From Candidatus Limnocylindria bacterium (GTDB lineage Bacteria > Eisenbacteria > RBG-16-71-46), in contig DASQFU010000211.1 in assembly GCA_035632955.1 (NCBI GenBank), positions 14,025 through 78,024 on the forward strand: 64,000 nt of DNA. Reading direction: 5' to 3'. The notes under the pieces were generated by a model that saw only the letters and a list, made by a program, of their open reading frames with translations, did no database searches and was not told the origin of the DNA. A program made the position numbers and the translations under genes. This document shows positions 39,477 to 47,795 of this stretch, piece after piece (the stretch's first letter is position 1; each line of letters starts with the position of its first letter).

Positions 39477-40861
39477 GGTCGATCGTGTGGGCGATTCCCT
39501 TCCTGCTGGCGCTGGCCGCCTCTTCGGGCTGCAGCCGCGCTCACATCGGCGTATACGAAGGGACGTTTCCTGCCCCCGGGGCGATCACCGCGTTCGACAA
39601 GCGGTGGAGCTCGTTGCCACGCGAGAGCAAGGCGGGCGCGCCTCCGTTCCTGGTTCCGGGCAGCACCAATATGGTGCGACACGACGTCGGCACGGTCGCG
39701 GTTCCGCCCGAGGCGGACAGCATCATCGTCATCGTCTATGGGGACAACCGGCCCGGCTGGCGGATGATGACGACCGCGTGGGGGCTGCCCGCGGTTCTCA
39801 ACATCGGCAGCTCCGATCCCAAGCAGTTCCTGTGGGCGATGGCGAACATCCCGGTGATGCTGGTGCAGGCGGTCGTACCACGATTCGACCTGTTCCACGA
39901 CCTGATGAGCGCCTTCTGGACGCGCCGATTCTCGGGAGGCGCCGAGCGTCGGGTCATCGAAGCGATCGAGAAGGACCTGCCCGCGAACTTCGTCGTCAAC
40001 ACGGGTGATCTGGTCGAGAACGGCCGGAGGGGCCTGCAATGGGAGGATTTCGTCCGCAAGCACGAACATCTGCGCAGGCGGGTTCCGTTTCTGGCGGCAC
40101 CGGGAAACCACGAGCGCCTGTGGTCGAAGGAGGGCCAAGCGAACTGGGATGCGGTGATGGGCCCTCCCGCCCAGCCCGATCGTTACTGGTTCGCAGTCGA
40201 CCTGCAGGAGTCGATCGCCCGCTTCGTGTTCCTCGATTCCGAGCTGCTGGCGGACCCGCGCGACCACTATCCGGACTCGCTGCAATCGGCGCTGTCGAAC
40301 GAGCAGTTGCGCTGGGCGGATTCGGCGCTCGCCGTGCCGGCGCGCTGGCGATTCGTCATCCTGCACCATCCGCTGGTCACGAGCGGGCACTACTTGTCCG
40401 ACTGGGCGTCCGACGAGTCGAGTCCGGTCGAAACCAGGCGCCGTGGGCGCCTGCTCGAGATTTGCCGGCGGAGGGGCGTGACGGCGGTGCTCGCCGGCCA
40501 CGAGCACCTCTACCAACGCACCTTCGTGCGCGGCCGGGACGGACGTGGCTTCTGGCATATCGCGACCGGCGGCGGCGGATCCCCGCTCTATCGCATCTCC
40601 GAGTACGAGCGCAAGGCGGCACTCGCCTTGACGCTGCCGGATAGCTCGGTCGTGACGTGGAACCGCGCGCGCTCGATGTACCACTATTGCCGCCTCATCA
40701 TCGTGCGACGCCCCAAACCGGGCGAGGATGCGGTGGTACTGGAGGTCAACCGTGTGCGGGACAACGGACAGATCACCCGCATCGACTTCGTGCACCTGAA
40801 CGAGCTGCCTCCGGAGGAGAAACGTGAACGCATCCCCGGGCAACCGCCCCCCGGCTTCTAG
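39473..40861 (+). CDS. lipoprotein metallophosphoesterase (calcineurin-like)
   Basis: ATGA overlap with the upstream gene. Lipobox-like LALAASSGCS. Metallophosphatase motifs VYGDNRPG, NTGDLVENG, APGNHE, ILHHP and LAGHEHLY. Confidence 0.8.
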   Translation: MRSIVWAIPFLLALAASSGCSRAHIGVYEGTFPAPGAITAFDKRWSSLPRESKAGAPPFLVPGSTNMVRHDVGTVAVPPEADSIIVIVYGDNRPGWRMMTTAWGLPAVLNIGSSDPKQFLWAMANIPVMLVQAVVPRFDLFHDLMSAFWTRRFSGGAERRVIEAIEKDLPANFVVNTGDLVENGRRGLQWEDFVRKHEHLRRRVPFLAAPGNHERLWSKEGQANWDAVMGPPAQPDRYWFAVDLQESIARFVFLDSELLADPRDHYPDSLQSALSNEQLRWADSALAVPARWRFVILHHPLVTSGHYLSDWASDESSPVETRRRGRLLEICRRRGVTAVLAGHEHLYQRTFVRGRDGRGFWHIATGGGGSPLYRISEYERKAALALTLPDSSVVTWNRARSMYHYCRLIIVRRPKPGEDAVVLEVNRVRDNGQITRIDFVHLNELPPEEKRERIPGQPPPGF

Positions 40862-42230
40862 CCGGCGCGGACTTCTGGATCGACTGCTCTCTCTGTTCGC
40901 CGACGTCCGGGGCGGCGAGGGCGCCCCCGCGCTGCTGATGATGCTCAACGTGTTCCTGCTGTTGAGCTGCTACTACATCATAAAACCGGTGCGGGAAGCG
41001 TTCATCCTGAGCGGCTCCGGCGCCGAGGTGAAGAGCTACGCCTCGGCCGCGATGGTCGTCGTGCTGGTGTTCCTGATTCCCGCCTATTCCGCCTTCGCGA
41101 GCCGCGTCAACCGGACGACGCTCCTGACGTGGGTCACGGGCTTCTTCGTCGTCAATCTGATTGCGTTCTACTTCCTGGCCCAGGCGCGGATGCCCTATCT
41201 CGACATCGTGTTCTTCGTCTGGGTCGGCATCTTCAACGTCATGATCATCGCCCAGTTCTGGTCGCTGGCGAACGACGTCTACACGCCCGACGAGGGAAAG
41301 CGGTTGTTCGCGATCATCGCTTTCGGCTCCACGATCGGCGCGATCGTCGGGGCCACGTTGGTCGAGAATCTGGTGGACCCCGAGAAGGCCGATCCCAACG
41401 CGGTCAATCGGATGCTGCTGGTCGCCGCGGGAGTCCTGGCCGTTTGCGGTGCCCTCACGCTGCTGATCAGCCGCCGCTCGAAAGTGGCGGTGTCCGAGGA
41501 GGCGAAGACATCGGCCGCCGAGCAGCCGCTCGCCTCCAAGGGAGCGTTCCGGCTCGTGCTCAGCGAGCGTTACCTGCTGCTGATCGGCCTATTGATGCTG
41601 ATCGTCAACTTCGTGAACACGACCGGGGAATACATCCTCGGCGAGACGCTCGAGAGGACCGCTAAGAGCCTGGCCGCAGCCGGGCAGACCGCGGGCCTCG
41701 CCGCCGAGGAGTTCGAGAAACAGTTCATCGGCAACTACTACGCGGGCTTCTTCAAGTGGGTGAACTGGGTCACCGCCCTGGTGCAGTTGTTCATCGTGTC
41801 GCGGTTCCTGAAATGGTTCGGCGTGAGAGCGGCGCTGTTCGTGCTGCCGCTGATCGCGCTCGGAGGCTATGCGATGCTGGCGCTCGCGCCGGTGCTGTCG
41901 GTGATTCGCGGCGTCAAGATCGCGGAAAACTCCGTGGACTACTCGCTCCAGAACACGACGCGCCAGGCGTTGTTCTTGCCGACCTCGCGCGAGGCGAAGT
42001 ACAAGGCGAAGCAGGCTACCGACACGTTCTTCTGGCGCGCCGGCGACGTGCTGTCTGCGGCGTTGGTGTTCGTCGGCAGCCAGCTCGCGCTCCCGCCGCG
42101 GGGCTTCGCGCTCGTGAACATCGTGCTCGTGCTGGCGTGGATCGTGATCGTGATCGGTCTCGCGCGCCTCCACAAGCAGCGCACCGCGGACTCCGAGGCG
42201 GTTCCAGCGACCGCCCCGGCGCGCGCCTGA
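40824..42230 (+). CDS. stand-alone TLC family (ATP/ADP-translocase-like, Npt1/Npt2-type) transporter
   Basis: CYYIIKPVREAFIL and FFVWVGIFNVMIIAQFWSLANDVYTPDEGKRLFAIIAFG hallmark blocks, about 12 TMs. The GTG 40824 start overlaps the upstream gene by 38 nt, so the start is uncertain. Confidence 0.8.
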   Translation: MNASPGNRPPASSRRGLLDRLLSLFADVRGGEGAPALLMMLNVFLLLSCYYIIKPVREAFILSGSGAEVKSYASAAMVVVLVFLIPAYSAFASRVNRTTLLTWVTGFFVVNLIAFYFLAQARMPYLDIVFFVWVGIFNVMIIAQFWSLANDVYTPDEGKRLFAIIAFGSTIGAIVGATLVENLVDPEKADPNAVNRMLLVAAGVLAVCGALTLLISRRSKVAVSEEAKTSAAEQPLASKGAFRLVLSERYLLLIGLLMLIVNFVNTTGEYILGETLERTAKSLAAAGQTAGLAAEEFEKQFIGNYYAGFFKWVNWVTALVQLFIVSRFLKWFGVRAALFVLPLIALGGYAMLALAPVLSVIRGVKIAENSVDYSLQNTTRQALFLPTSREAKYKAKQATDTFFWRAGDVLSAALVFVGSQLALPPRGFALVNIVLVLAWIVIVIGLARLHKQRTADSEAVPATAPARA

Positions 42231-42577
42231 TTCTCGCCCTTTTCGCGCTTCTCGCCCTTATGCTACGGTGCGTCGTCTCGAACCCATCCTGGGACGCTCG
42301 GCGACGGGCGCTTGTGCCGTCTGGGGTCGTGTAGTTTCTTCCGCGCTCTTGTAGGTGCGTCGTCGTGGATCGGATGCCCTCCGCGCGTGAAAGCGCCGGA
42401 AGCTGTAGAAATCATTGTCGTTGCGTGCTCACGTGCGTGGCATGCTTGATGCTCGAAGGCGCTTGCGAACCGCGCCGCGACTCGGGCTTCCGTCGCAGTG
42501 GAGACCGCAGTAGCTTACGGCGTGTCCACGGGGTTCCGTCCGAACTCCCCTCTCGATAGACGGGCAGCGGAGGGTCA

Positions 42578-44101
42578 ATGTACAAGAGCAAGAGGCTATG
42601 GGTCGTGCTGGCCGGGGTTGCGGCGGTGCTCTACGCAATCGCGCCTCGAACGGCGCTCGCTCAGGTGAACGGCGTGCACTTCACGCTCTTCCCCTGGGCC
42701 GGGTTCGGCAACTATGCGAAGAACGTGAACATCGAGGACGAGCCGATCTACGGCGGATCCCTCGGGTTGATCTTCCACCGTTACGTCGGCATCGAGGGTC
42801 ACTTCGGCCGTAGCTCCACCGAGTCCACCAACGGTTTCACACTGTATGCGGTGCCGGCGCCACCCGTCGCCAGGCCCGAGAAGCTCGACCTCTATCATTA
42901 CGGCGGCAATCTGGTCGTGAACCTTCGCCCCTCGGCGTGGTTCAGCCCCTATCTCATGGCCGGTTGGCAGGAAGCCAAGTTCCAATTTGCGAACGAGGAT
43001 TCGGTTCCCGATTCGAGATTCTTGAACGGCTGGCAGTTCGGCGGCGGGCTCAAGCTCCGCTTCGCGCCCCGATTCGCGGTCCGCGCCGAGTTCCGCAACG
43101 CGCTGTGGAAGTTCCCGGAAGGCACGCCTGCGCCCGCGGGTGAGGATGCTACCGACAATCAGTATTACACCGCCGGTCTCGAGATCGCGCTCGGTGGCTC
43201 GACCGGAACCTCCGACGCCGACAACGACGGCGTCCGGGATGGCAAGGACAAGTGCCCCGACACTCCGATGGGCGCGCGAGTGGATGCCAACGGATGTCCG
43301 ATCGACAGTGACAGCGACCGTGTCGCCGACGGCATCGATCAGTGCCCCGACACGCCCACCGGTGCCAGCGTGGACGCGCGCGGTTGCCCGACCGACTCCG
43401 ACAACGACGGTGTTCCCGACGGAATCGATCAGTGCTCGGGGACGCCGAGCGGCGCGGTCGTGGACGCCCGTGGCTGCCCGAAGGACACCGATAACGACGG
43501 CGTTCCGGACGGTGTCGACCAGTGCGCCGACACGCCGAGCGGGACGCAGGTCGACGCGCGCGGTTGCCCGGTCGTCACGGATGCCGACAACGACGGCGTC
43601 TCGGACGACAAGGATCTGTGCCCGTTCACGCCGGCGAACGCCCGGGTGGACAAGGACGGCTGTCCGATCGAGCTGAGCGAGCGCGAAACCGAGCTGCTCG
43701 ACAAGGGTCGGATCACCGAGCGCAACATCAACTTCGAGACCGCCAAGTGGGACATCCTGCCGGAGTCCCTCCCGGTTCTCGACGAGATCGCCAGCATCCT
43801 GATCCAGTGGCCGCGACTGCGGATCGAGATTGGCGGGCATGCGGATCATCGCGGCTCGAATGCGTACAATCTCGACCTCTCGAACAAGCGCGCCAGCGCG
43901 GTGCTCGAATACCTGGTCGGCAAGTTCCCGCAGATCACGCGCGAGCAGTACACAGCGAAGGGTTACGGAGAGGGCGTTCCGGTGGCGAGCAACCAGACGG
44001 TCGAAGGCATGGCGAAGAACCGGCGCGTCGAGTTCAAGGTCCTGAACACCGAAGAGCTCAAGAAGGAGCGCGAACGGCGGCGGTTGCTGGAGAAGAACTA
44101 G
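42578..44101 (+). CDS. OmpA family outer-membrane protein with thrombospondin type-3 (Ca-binding) repeats
   Basis: GGAGG precedes the ATG. Signal peptide, then N-terminal beta-barrel-like region. Seven DxDxDGVxDxxDxCPxTPxGxxVDxxGCP repeats. C-terminal OmpA domain (IGGHADHRGSNAYNLDLSNKRA...NRRVEF). Confidence 0.85.
   Translation: MYKSKRLWVVLAGVAAVLYAIAPRTALAQVNGVHFTLFPWAGFGNYAKNVNIEDEPIYGGSLGLIFHRYVGIEGHFGRSSTESTNGFTLYAVPAPPVARPEKLDLYHYGGNLVVNLRPSAWFSPYLMAGWQEAKFQFANEDSVPDSRFLNGWQFGGGLKLRFAPRFAVRAEFRNALWKFPEGTPAPAGEDATDNQYYTAGLEIALGGSTGTSDADNDGVRDGKDKCPDTPMGARVDANGCPIDSDSDRVADGIDQCPDTPTGASVDARGCPTDSDNDGVPDGIDQCSGTPSGAVVDARGCPKDTDNDGVPDGVDQCADTPSGTQVDARGCPVVTDADNDGVSDDKDLCPFTPANARVDKDGCPIELSERETELLDKGRITERNINFETAKWDILPESLPVLDEIASILIQWPRLRIEIGGHADHRGSNAYNLDLSNKRASAVLEYLVGKFPQITREQYTAKGYGEGVPVASNQTVEGMAKNRRVEFKVLNTEELKKERERRRLLEKN
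43211..43672 (+). repeat. tandem coding repeats (thrombospondin type-3-like) inside the OmpA gene
   Basis: Repeated gacaacgacggcgt...gaccagtgc...gacacgcc...ggctgcccg units encoding DNDGVPDGxDQCxDTPxGxxVDARGCP. Confidence 0.8.
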
Positions 44102-44116
44102 TAACGTACGCGGATA

Positions 44117-44143
44117 CGAGCCGGGGCGATGAGCCCCGGCTCG
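44117..44143 (+). terminator. GC-rich hairpin downstream of the OmpA gene (possible intrinsic terminator)
   Basis: cgagccgggg / ccccggctcg form a perfect 10-bp stem with a 7-nt loop, 16 nt after the stop. No U-tract follows. A second 8-bp hairpin (cccgcggc/gccgcggg) lies at 44165-44188. Confidence 0.35.
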
Positions 44144-44214
44144 ATTCGCATGCTCGGCGCCATCCCCGCGGCTAGTCCTGGCCGCGGGACTGGGCCGCTT
44201 CGACGGGGTGTGAC

Positions 44215-45744
44215 ATGAACACATGGCGATCGAGGTTTACGGTGGGGCGCGGCGGGTGGCGGATCGGTCTCCTCGCCGCCGTGATTTTCTTCGGACCGCT
44301 GGCGTCGTCCGCCGCCGCGCTCTGCACGATCGACGGCCCGACGACCGCCTCGGTGAACAGCGCGTTCACGCTCTGCGGGCCGGCCGGCGACGGTTACACG
44401 TACGAATGGTTCGGCCCCGGCATCCAGACGGCGCGCAGTCGTTGCGTCACGATCACGGGCCGCCCGGCCGGCACCTACGAGTACGAGCTCGTCACCCGCA
44501 TCGACGGCGACCAGCACGAACGCTGCGTCCATACGGTGCGCGTCGGCGGCGCATCCGGCGGTTCCCTGGTGTGCCAGGTCAGCGGCCCGCAGGCGATCTC
44601 CGCGGGGCAAACCGTCCAGCTCTGCGGCCCGCAATCGAGCCTCCACGAATACGAGTGGACCGGGCCGGCCGGGTTCACGGCCACGACGCGGTGCGTGACC
44701 GTGTCACGCGCCGGGATCTACGGCCTCACCATCCGCAACAGCCTCACCGGTTACGTTCGCGAATGCAGCCATCGGCTCGAGGCCGCGGGCGCCGTCGGCT
44801 TCGAATGCGACATCACCGGTCCGGCGTCGGCGGAAGCGGGCGCGGGCGTCGAGTTGTGCGGGCCGCGCAACGCGAACTTCAGCTATCGCTGGCAGGGGCC
44901 GGGCGGTTTCACGGCCGGGAGCCGATGCGTGGTCGTCACCGATGAAGGCGACTACTCCCTGACCATCCGTAACGTGTCCGGTGGCGCAACCTACCAGTGC
45001 AGTCACCGGCTGGACCTCACCAGCGCCGGTGGCGCCGCCTCGTGCTCCATCACCGGCCCGCAATGGCTCACCGCCGGCCGCCGTGCCCGGCTGTGCGGCC
45101 AATCCATCGCGAATCACTCGTACCGCTGGACCGGACCGAACGGGTATCAGGCCACGACTCGCTGCATCGACGTGGACGAAGGCGGCGCGTATGACCTCAC
45201 GATGCGCGATCTCTCGCAAGGCACGGTGCGCCGTTGCAGTTTTACGTTGCAGACGCAAGCCGATCCCGGCGATCCGGATGCCGAACTGAGCGAGAACTGC
45301 CCGAAAGCGCTCGGCTACTGGCGCGGGCAATGCGGCAGCGATGCGACCGCGGGCACGCGCGAGCTCTCGACCCAGGATGTGCGCGCGATCGCACGATGCA
45401 TCGACGAGCGCTCGAAGTATTTCAACTGGAGCAACGACTACGACGGCCTCTGCCAAGTGCTGCGGCCGGCGGCTCCCCTCACCAATCGGAAGCAGGTCGC
45501 GCGACATTTCGCGGCACTGCTCGCCAACGTGTGCGCCCGCGACCTGGACCTGGTCTCACCGGGCACCGGCGATATCGGCCTCGACCCGACCACGCGCATC
45601 GCCTTCCGCAACATCCGGACGATCGAGCAACTGATCACGCTGGTCGACAACCTGCTGCTCACGCGGACCGGCAACTACGTGCGGGTGGCGCAGACGCTGA
45701 ATGCCGTCAACCAGGGCCGCGGCATCGGCCCGGTATGCGATTAG
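44215..45744 (+). CDS. secreted protein with four tandem 4-Cys repeats and a Cys-containing C-terminal domain, unknown function
   Basis: Signal peptide WRIGLLAAVIFFGPLASSAAA. Repeats start at Cys37, Cys120, Cys198 and Cys277, each with pattern C.I.GP...LCGP...Y.W.GP.GF.A..RCV.V...G.Y.LT.R......C.H.L. Confidence 0.65.
   Translation: MNTWRSRFTVGRGGWRIGLLAAVIFFGPLASSAAALCTIDGPTTASVNSAFTLCGPAGDGYTYEWFGPGIQTARSRCVTITGRPAGTYEYELVTRIDGDQHERCVHTVRVGGASGGSLVCQVSGPQAISAGQTVQLCGPQSSLHEYEWTGPAGFTATTRCVTVSRAGIYGLTIRNSLTGYVRECSHRLEAAGAVGFECDITGPASAEAGAGVELCGPRNANFSYRWQGPGGFTAGSRCVVVTDEGDYSLTIRNVSGGATYQCSHRLDLTSAGGAASCSITGPQWLTAGRRARLCGQSIANHSYRWTGPNGYQATTRCIDVDEGGAYDLTMRDLSQGTVRRCSFTLQTQADPGDPDAELSENCPKALGYWRGQCGSDATAGTRELSTQDVRAIARCIDERSKYFNWSNDYDGLCQVLRPAAPLTNRKQVARHFAALLANVCARDLDLVSPGTGDIGLDPTTRIAFRNIRTIEQLITLVDNLLLTRTGNYVRVAQTLNAVNQGRGIGPVCD
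44323..45252 (+). repeat. four diverged tandem coding repeats of about 78-83 codons
   Basis: Cys positions 37/54/77/104, 120/137/160/184, 198/215/238/262 and 277/294/317/341 show constant spacing (17, 23, 24-27). Confidence 0.75.
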
Positions 45745-45810
45745 TGTCGCGTCTCCCATCGGCGCCGTGCGCGCGGGCGCGTCGAGCGCGTCCGTGCCGG
45801 CCGTCTCGTC

Positions 45811-46425
45811 TTATTTGGACCTCGACGGCGCCGGTCGCACCGGCGCCTTGCGCCGCCGATTCAGCTCGCGATGGCGGAAGCAGCCGACGAGGTGATCGTT
45901 CACCATCCCGGTCGCCTGCATGAACGCGTAGCAGATCGTCGAGCCGACGAACGAGAAGCCGCGCCGGCGCAGCTCGCGGCTCATCGCGTCCGACTCGGCG
46001 GTCCGGGCCGGGACCTCGGAGAGCTCGCGCCAGCGGTTGAGGATCGGGCGGCTTGCGACGAAACTCCAGATGAACGCGTCGAAGCTGCCGACTTCCCGCT
46101 GCACCTCGAGGAATGCTCGGGCGTTATGAACCGCGGCGGCGACCTTCAGCCGATTGCGAACGATGCCCGGATCTCTGAGCAATGCTCGTTGCCTGCGGGC
46201 GTCGAAGCGGGCGACCTTGCGCGGGTCGAAGCCATCGAACGCGCGGCGGTATCCCGCGCGCTTCTCGAGGATCGTGCGCCAGCTCAGCCCGGCTTGCGCC
46301 CCCTCCAGCACCAGCAGCTCGAACAGCGCCCGCTCCTCGTGCAGCGGCGTTCCCCACTCGTGGTCGTGGTAGACGAGATAGAGCGGCGTTTGCCGGGCCC
46401 AGCCACAGCGCTGTTTGCGGTCCAT
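45811..46425 (-). CDS. tag: DNA-3-methyladenine glycosylase I
   Basis: RCGWARQTPLYLVYHDHEWGTPLHEERALFELLVLEGAQAGLSWRTILEKR is the Tag signature region. ATG 46425 chosen within listed ORF 45811..46605. Confidence 0.9.
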   Translation of the reverse strand: MDRKQRCGWARQTPLYLVYHDHEWGTPLHEERALFELLVLEGAQAGLSWRTILEKRAGYRRAFDGFDPRKVARFDARRQRALLRDPGIVRNRLKVAAAVHNARAFLEVQREVGSFDAFIWSFVASRPILNRWRELSEVPARTAESDAMSRELRRRGFSFVGSTICYAFMQATGMVNDHLVGCFRHRELNRRRKAPVRPAPSRSK

Positions 46426-46579
46426 GTCGGGTGGATTGTAGCGAGGTCCGGTCGTTTTAGCGCTGCATTCCGATTCGAGACGCGCGCCGCACCGGCCGAT
46501 AACCAGTGCGGCCTCCTCTCCCCCGCACCCAGCGCTCGGTTGGGATCCGGGGCGGTTCGGGTCCTCGTCGAGCGAATGC

Positions 46580-47782
46580 ATGAGCGCGGTTCCCCAGCAG
46601 GCCATCGACGTCCTTCCGGCTTCGCCGGTACTGCGCCCGCGACCCGTCCGGTTAAGAGGACCAGGGCGGCTGCTGGGTGTCGATGCATGGCGCGGCCTGG
46701 CGCTGGTGCTGATGTCGCTCGACCACGCCGCGTACTACGCGGGATCCCACATCCAAGCGGAGCACTTCGCGGACTTCCCGAGCGAGCTTCCGGTCTGGGG
46801 CTTCCGGCTGGTCGGCCTGATCACCAACCTCGCGGCGCCGACGTTCTGGCTCGTGAGCGGGGTCAGCATCGCCCTGCTGATCCCCAGCCTGCGCATCAGG
46901 GGTGGCGGCGAATGGGCGGTGACGCGGTACCTGTGGATTCGCGCCGGTTGCCTGGCGCTGCTCGACGTCGCGGTCGTGCCGTGGCTCTGGAGCAAGCCAC
47001 CGGTGCCGACCTACGAGTACTCGTTCGGCTTGTTGTCGAGCTTCGCGGTCAGCTTGATCCTGATCAGCGGCTTGCGTTTTCTGCGCCTGCGCTACTTCAT
47101 GGCCGTGAGCATCGCGCTCGTGATCGGCTATCAGTGGCTCGCGGGAATCATCACGCCGGCGATGCTGAAGGATTGGGGCCTGGCGTCGAGCCTCTGGACC
47201 CGCTACGGCACGCCGGGTCACACGCCGCATACACTGGGCGTGCCGTTTCCCGTGCTCGGCTGGTTCGGGCTGATGGGCTGCGGCTACGTGTTCGGCAAAC
47301 GGTTGTATGCCGATCGCGGCCGGCATCCGCGTCATTGGGCCGCCCTGGGCCTCGGCTTGCTCGCGACCTGGCTGGTGGTGCGCGTGCTCCGCTCCTATGG
47401 GAACACCGTGCCGATTTCCTACCATGGCGATTGGAGCGAGCTGATCACGATGTACAAGGGACCGGTGAGCCTGGCGTTCCTGTGCTTCAACGCTGGCTGG
47501 GGCTGTCTCGGCTTTGCGCTGCTGCTGCGCCTGTCGCGGCAGCTCTCGGACCGCCCACTCCGCTGGCTGGTGGCGCTCGGGCAGGCGTCGCTATTCACGT
47601 TCATCGCCCACCTGCTGGTCTACCGCACGCTGGGACGGATCGAGCTGAAGTTCATGCCGCACGCCGAGGTGTTTCGCTACGCGACGACCTTCATCGCCGG
47701 ACTCGCGCTGCTCGTGCCGATGGCTCGCTGGTACGCGGGGCTCAAGCGACGCCACCCGCGGAGCGTGCTCCAGTACCTGTAG
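46580..47782 (+). CDS. DUF1624 / heparan-alpha-glucosaminide N-acetyltransferase-like membrane protein
   Basis: LGVDAWRGLALVLMSLDHAAYY N-terminal motif (RxxxxDxxRGxA...M...H) and about 10 TMs. Confidence 0.65.
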   Translation: MSAVPQQAIDVLPASPVLRPRPVRLRGPGRLLGVDAWRGLALVLMSLDHAAYYAGSHIQAEHFADFPSELPVWGFRLVGLITNLAAPTFWLVSGVSIALLIPSLRIRGGGEWAVTRYLWIRAGCLALLDVAVVPWLWSKPPVPTYEYSFGLLSSFAVSLILISGLRFLRLRYFMAVSIALVIGYQWLAGIITPAMLKDWGLASSLWTRYGTPGHTPHTLGVPFPVLGWFGLMGCGYVFGKRLYADRGRHPRHWAALGLGLLATWLVVRVLRSYGNTVPISYHGDWSELITMYKGPVSLAFLCFNAGWGCLGFALLLRLSRQLSDRPLRWLVALGQASLFTFIAHLLVYRTLGRIELKFMPHAEVFRYATTFIAGLALLVPMARWYAGLKRRHPRSVLQYL

Positions 47783-47795
47783 CCGAGCGTCCGGG

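Noticed and set aside
42320-42400. tRNA-like start (ggggtcgtgtagtt...) in the long intergenic region.
   Set aside because: There is no T-arm GGTTCGAATCC-like element, no acceptor-stem complement and no CCA context. It does not fold as a cloverleaf by eye.
43211-43672. Regularly spaced DNA repeats that could be mistaken for a CRISPR-like array.
   Set aside because: The repeats are in frame inside the OmpA gene and encode thrombospondin type-3 Ca-binding motifs. There are no unique spacers and no cas genes.
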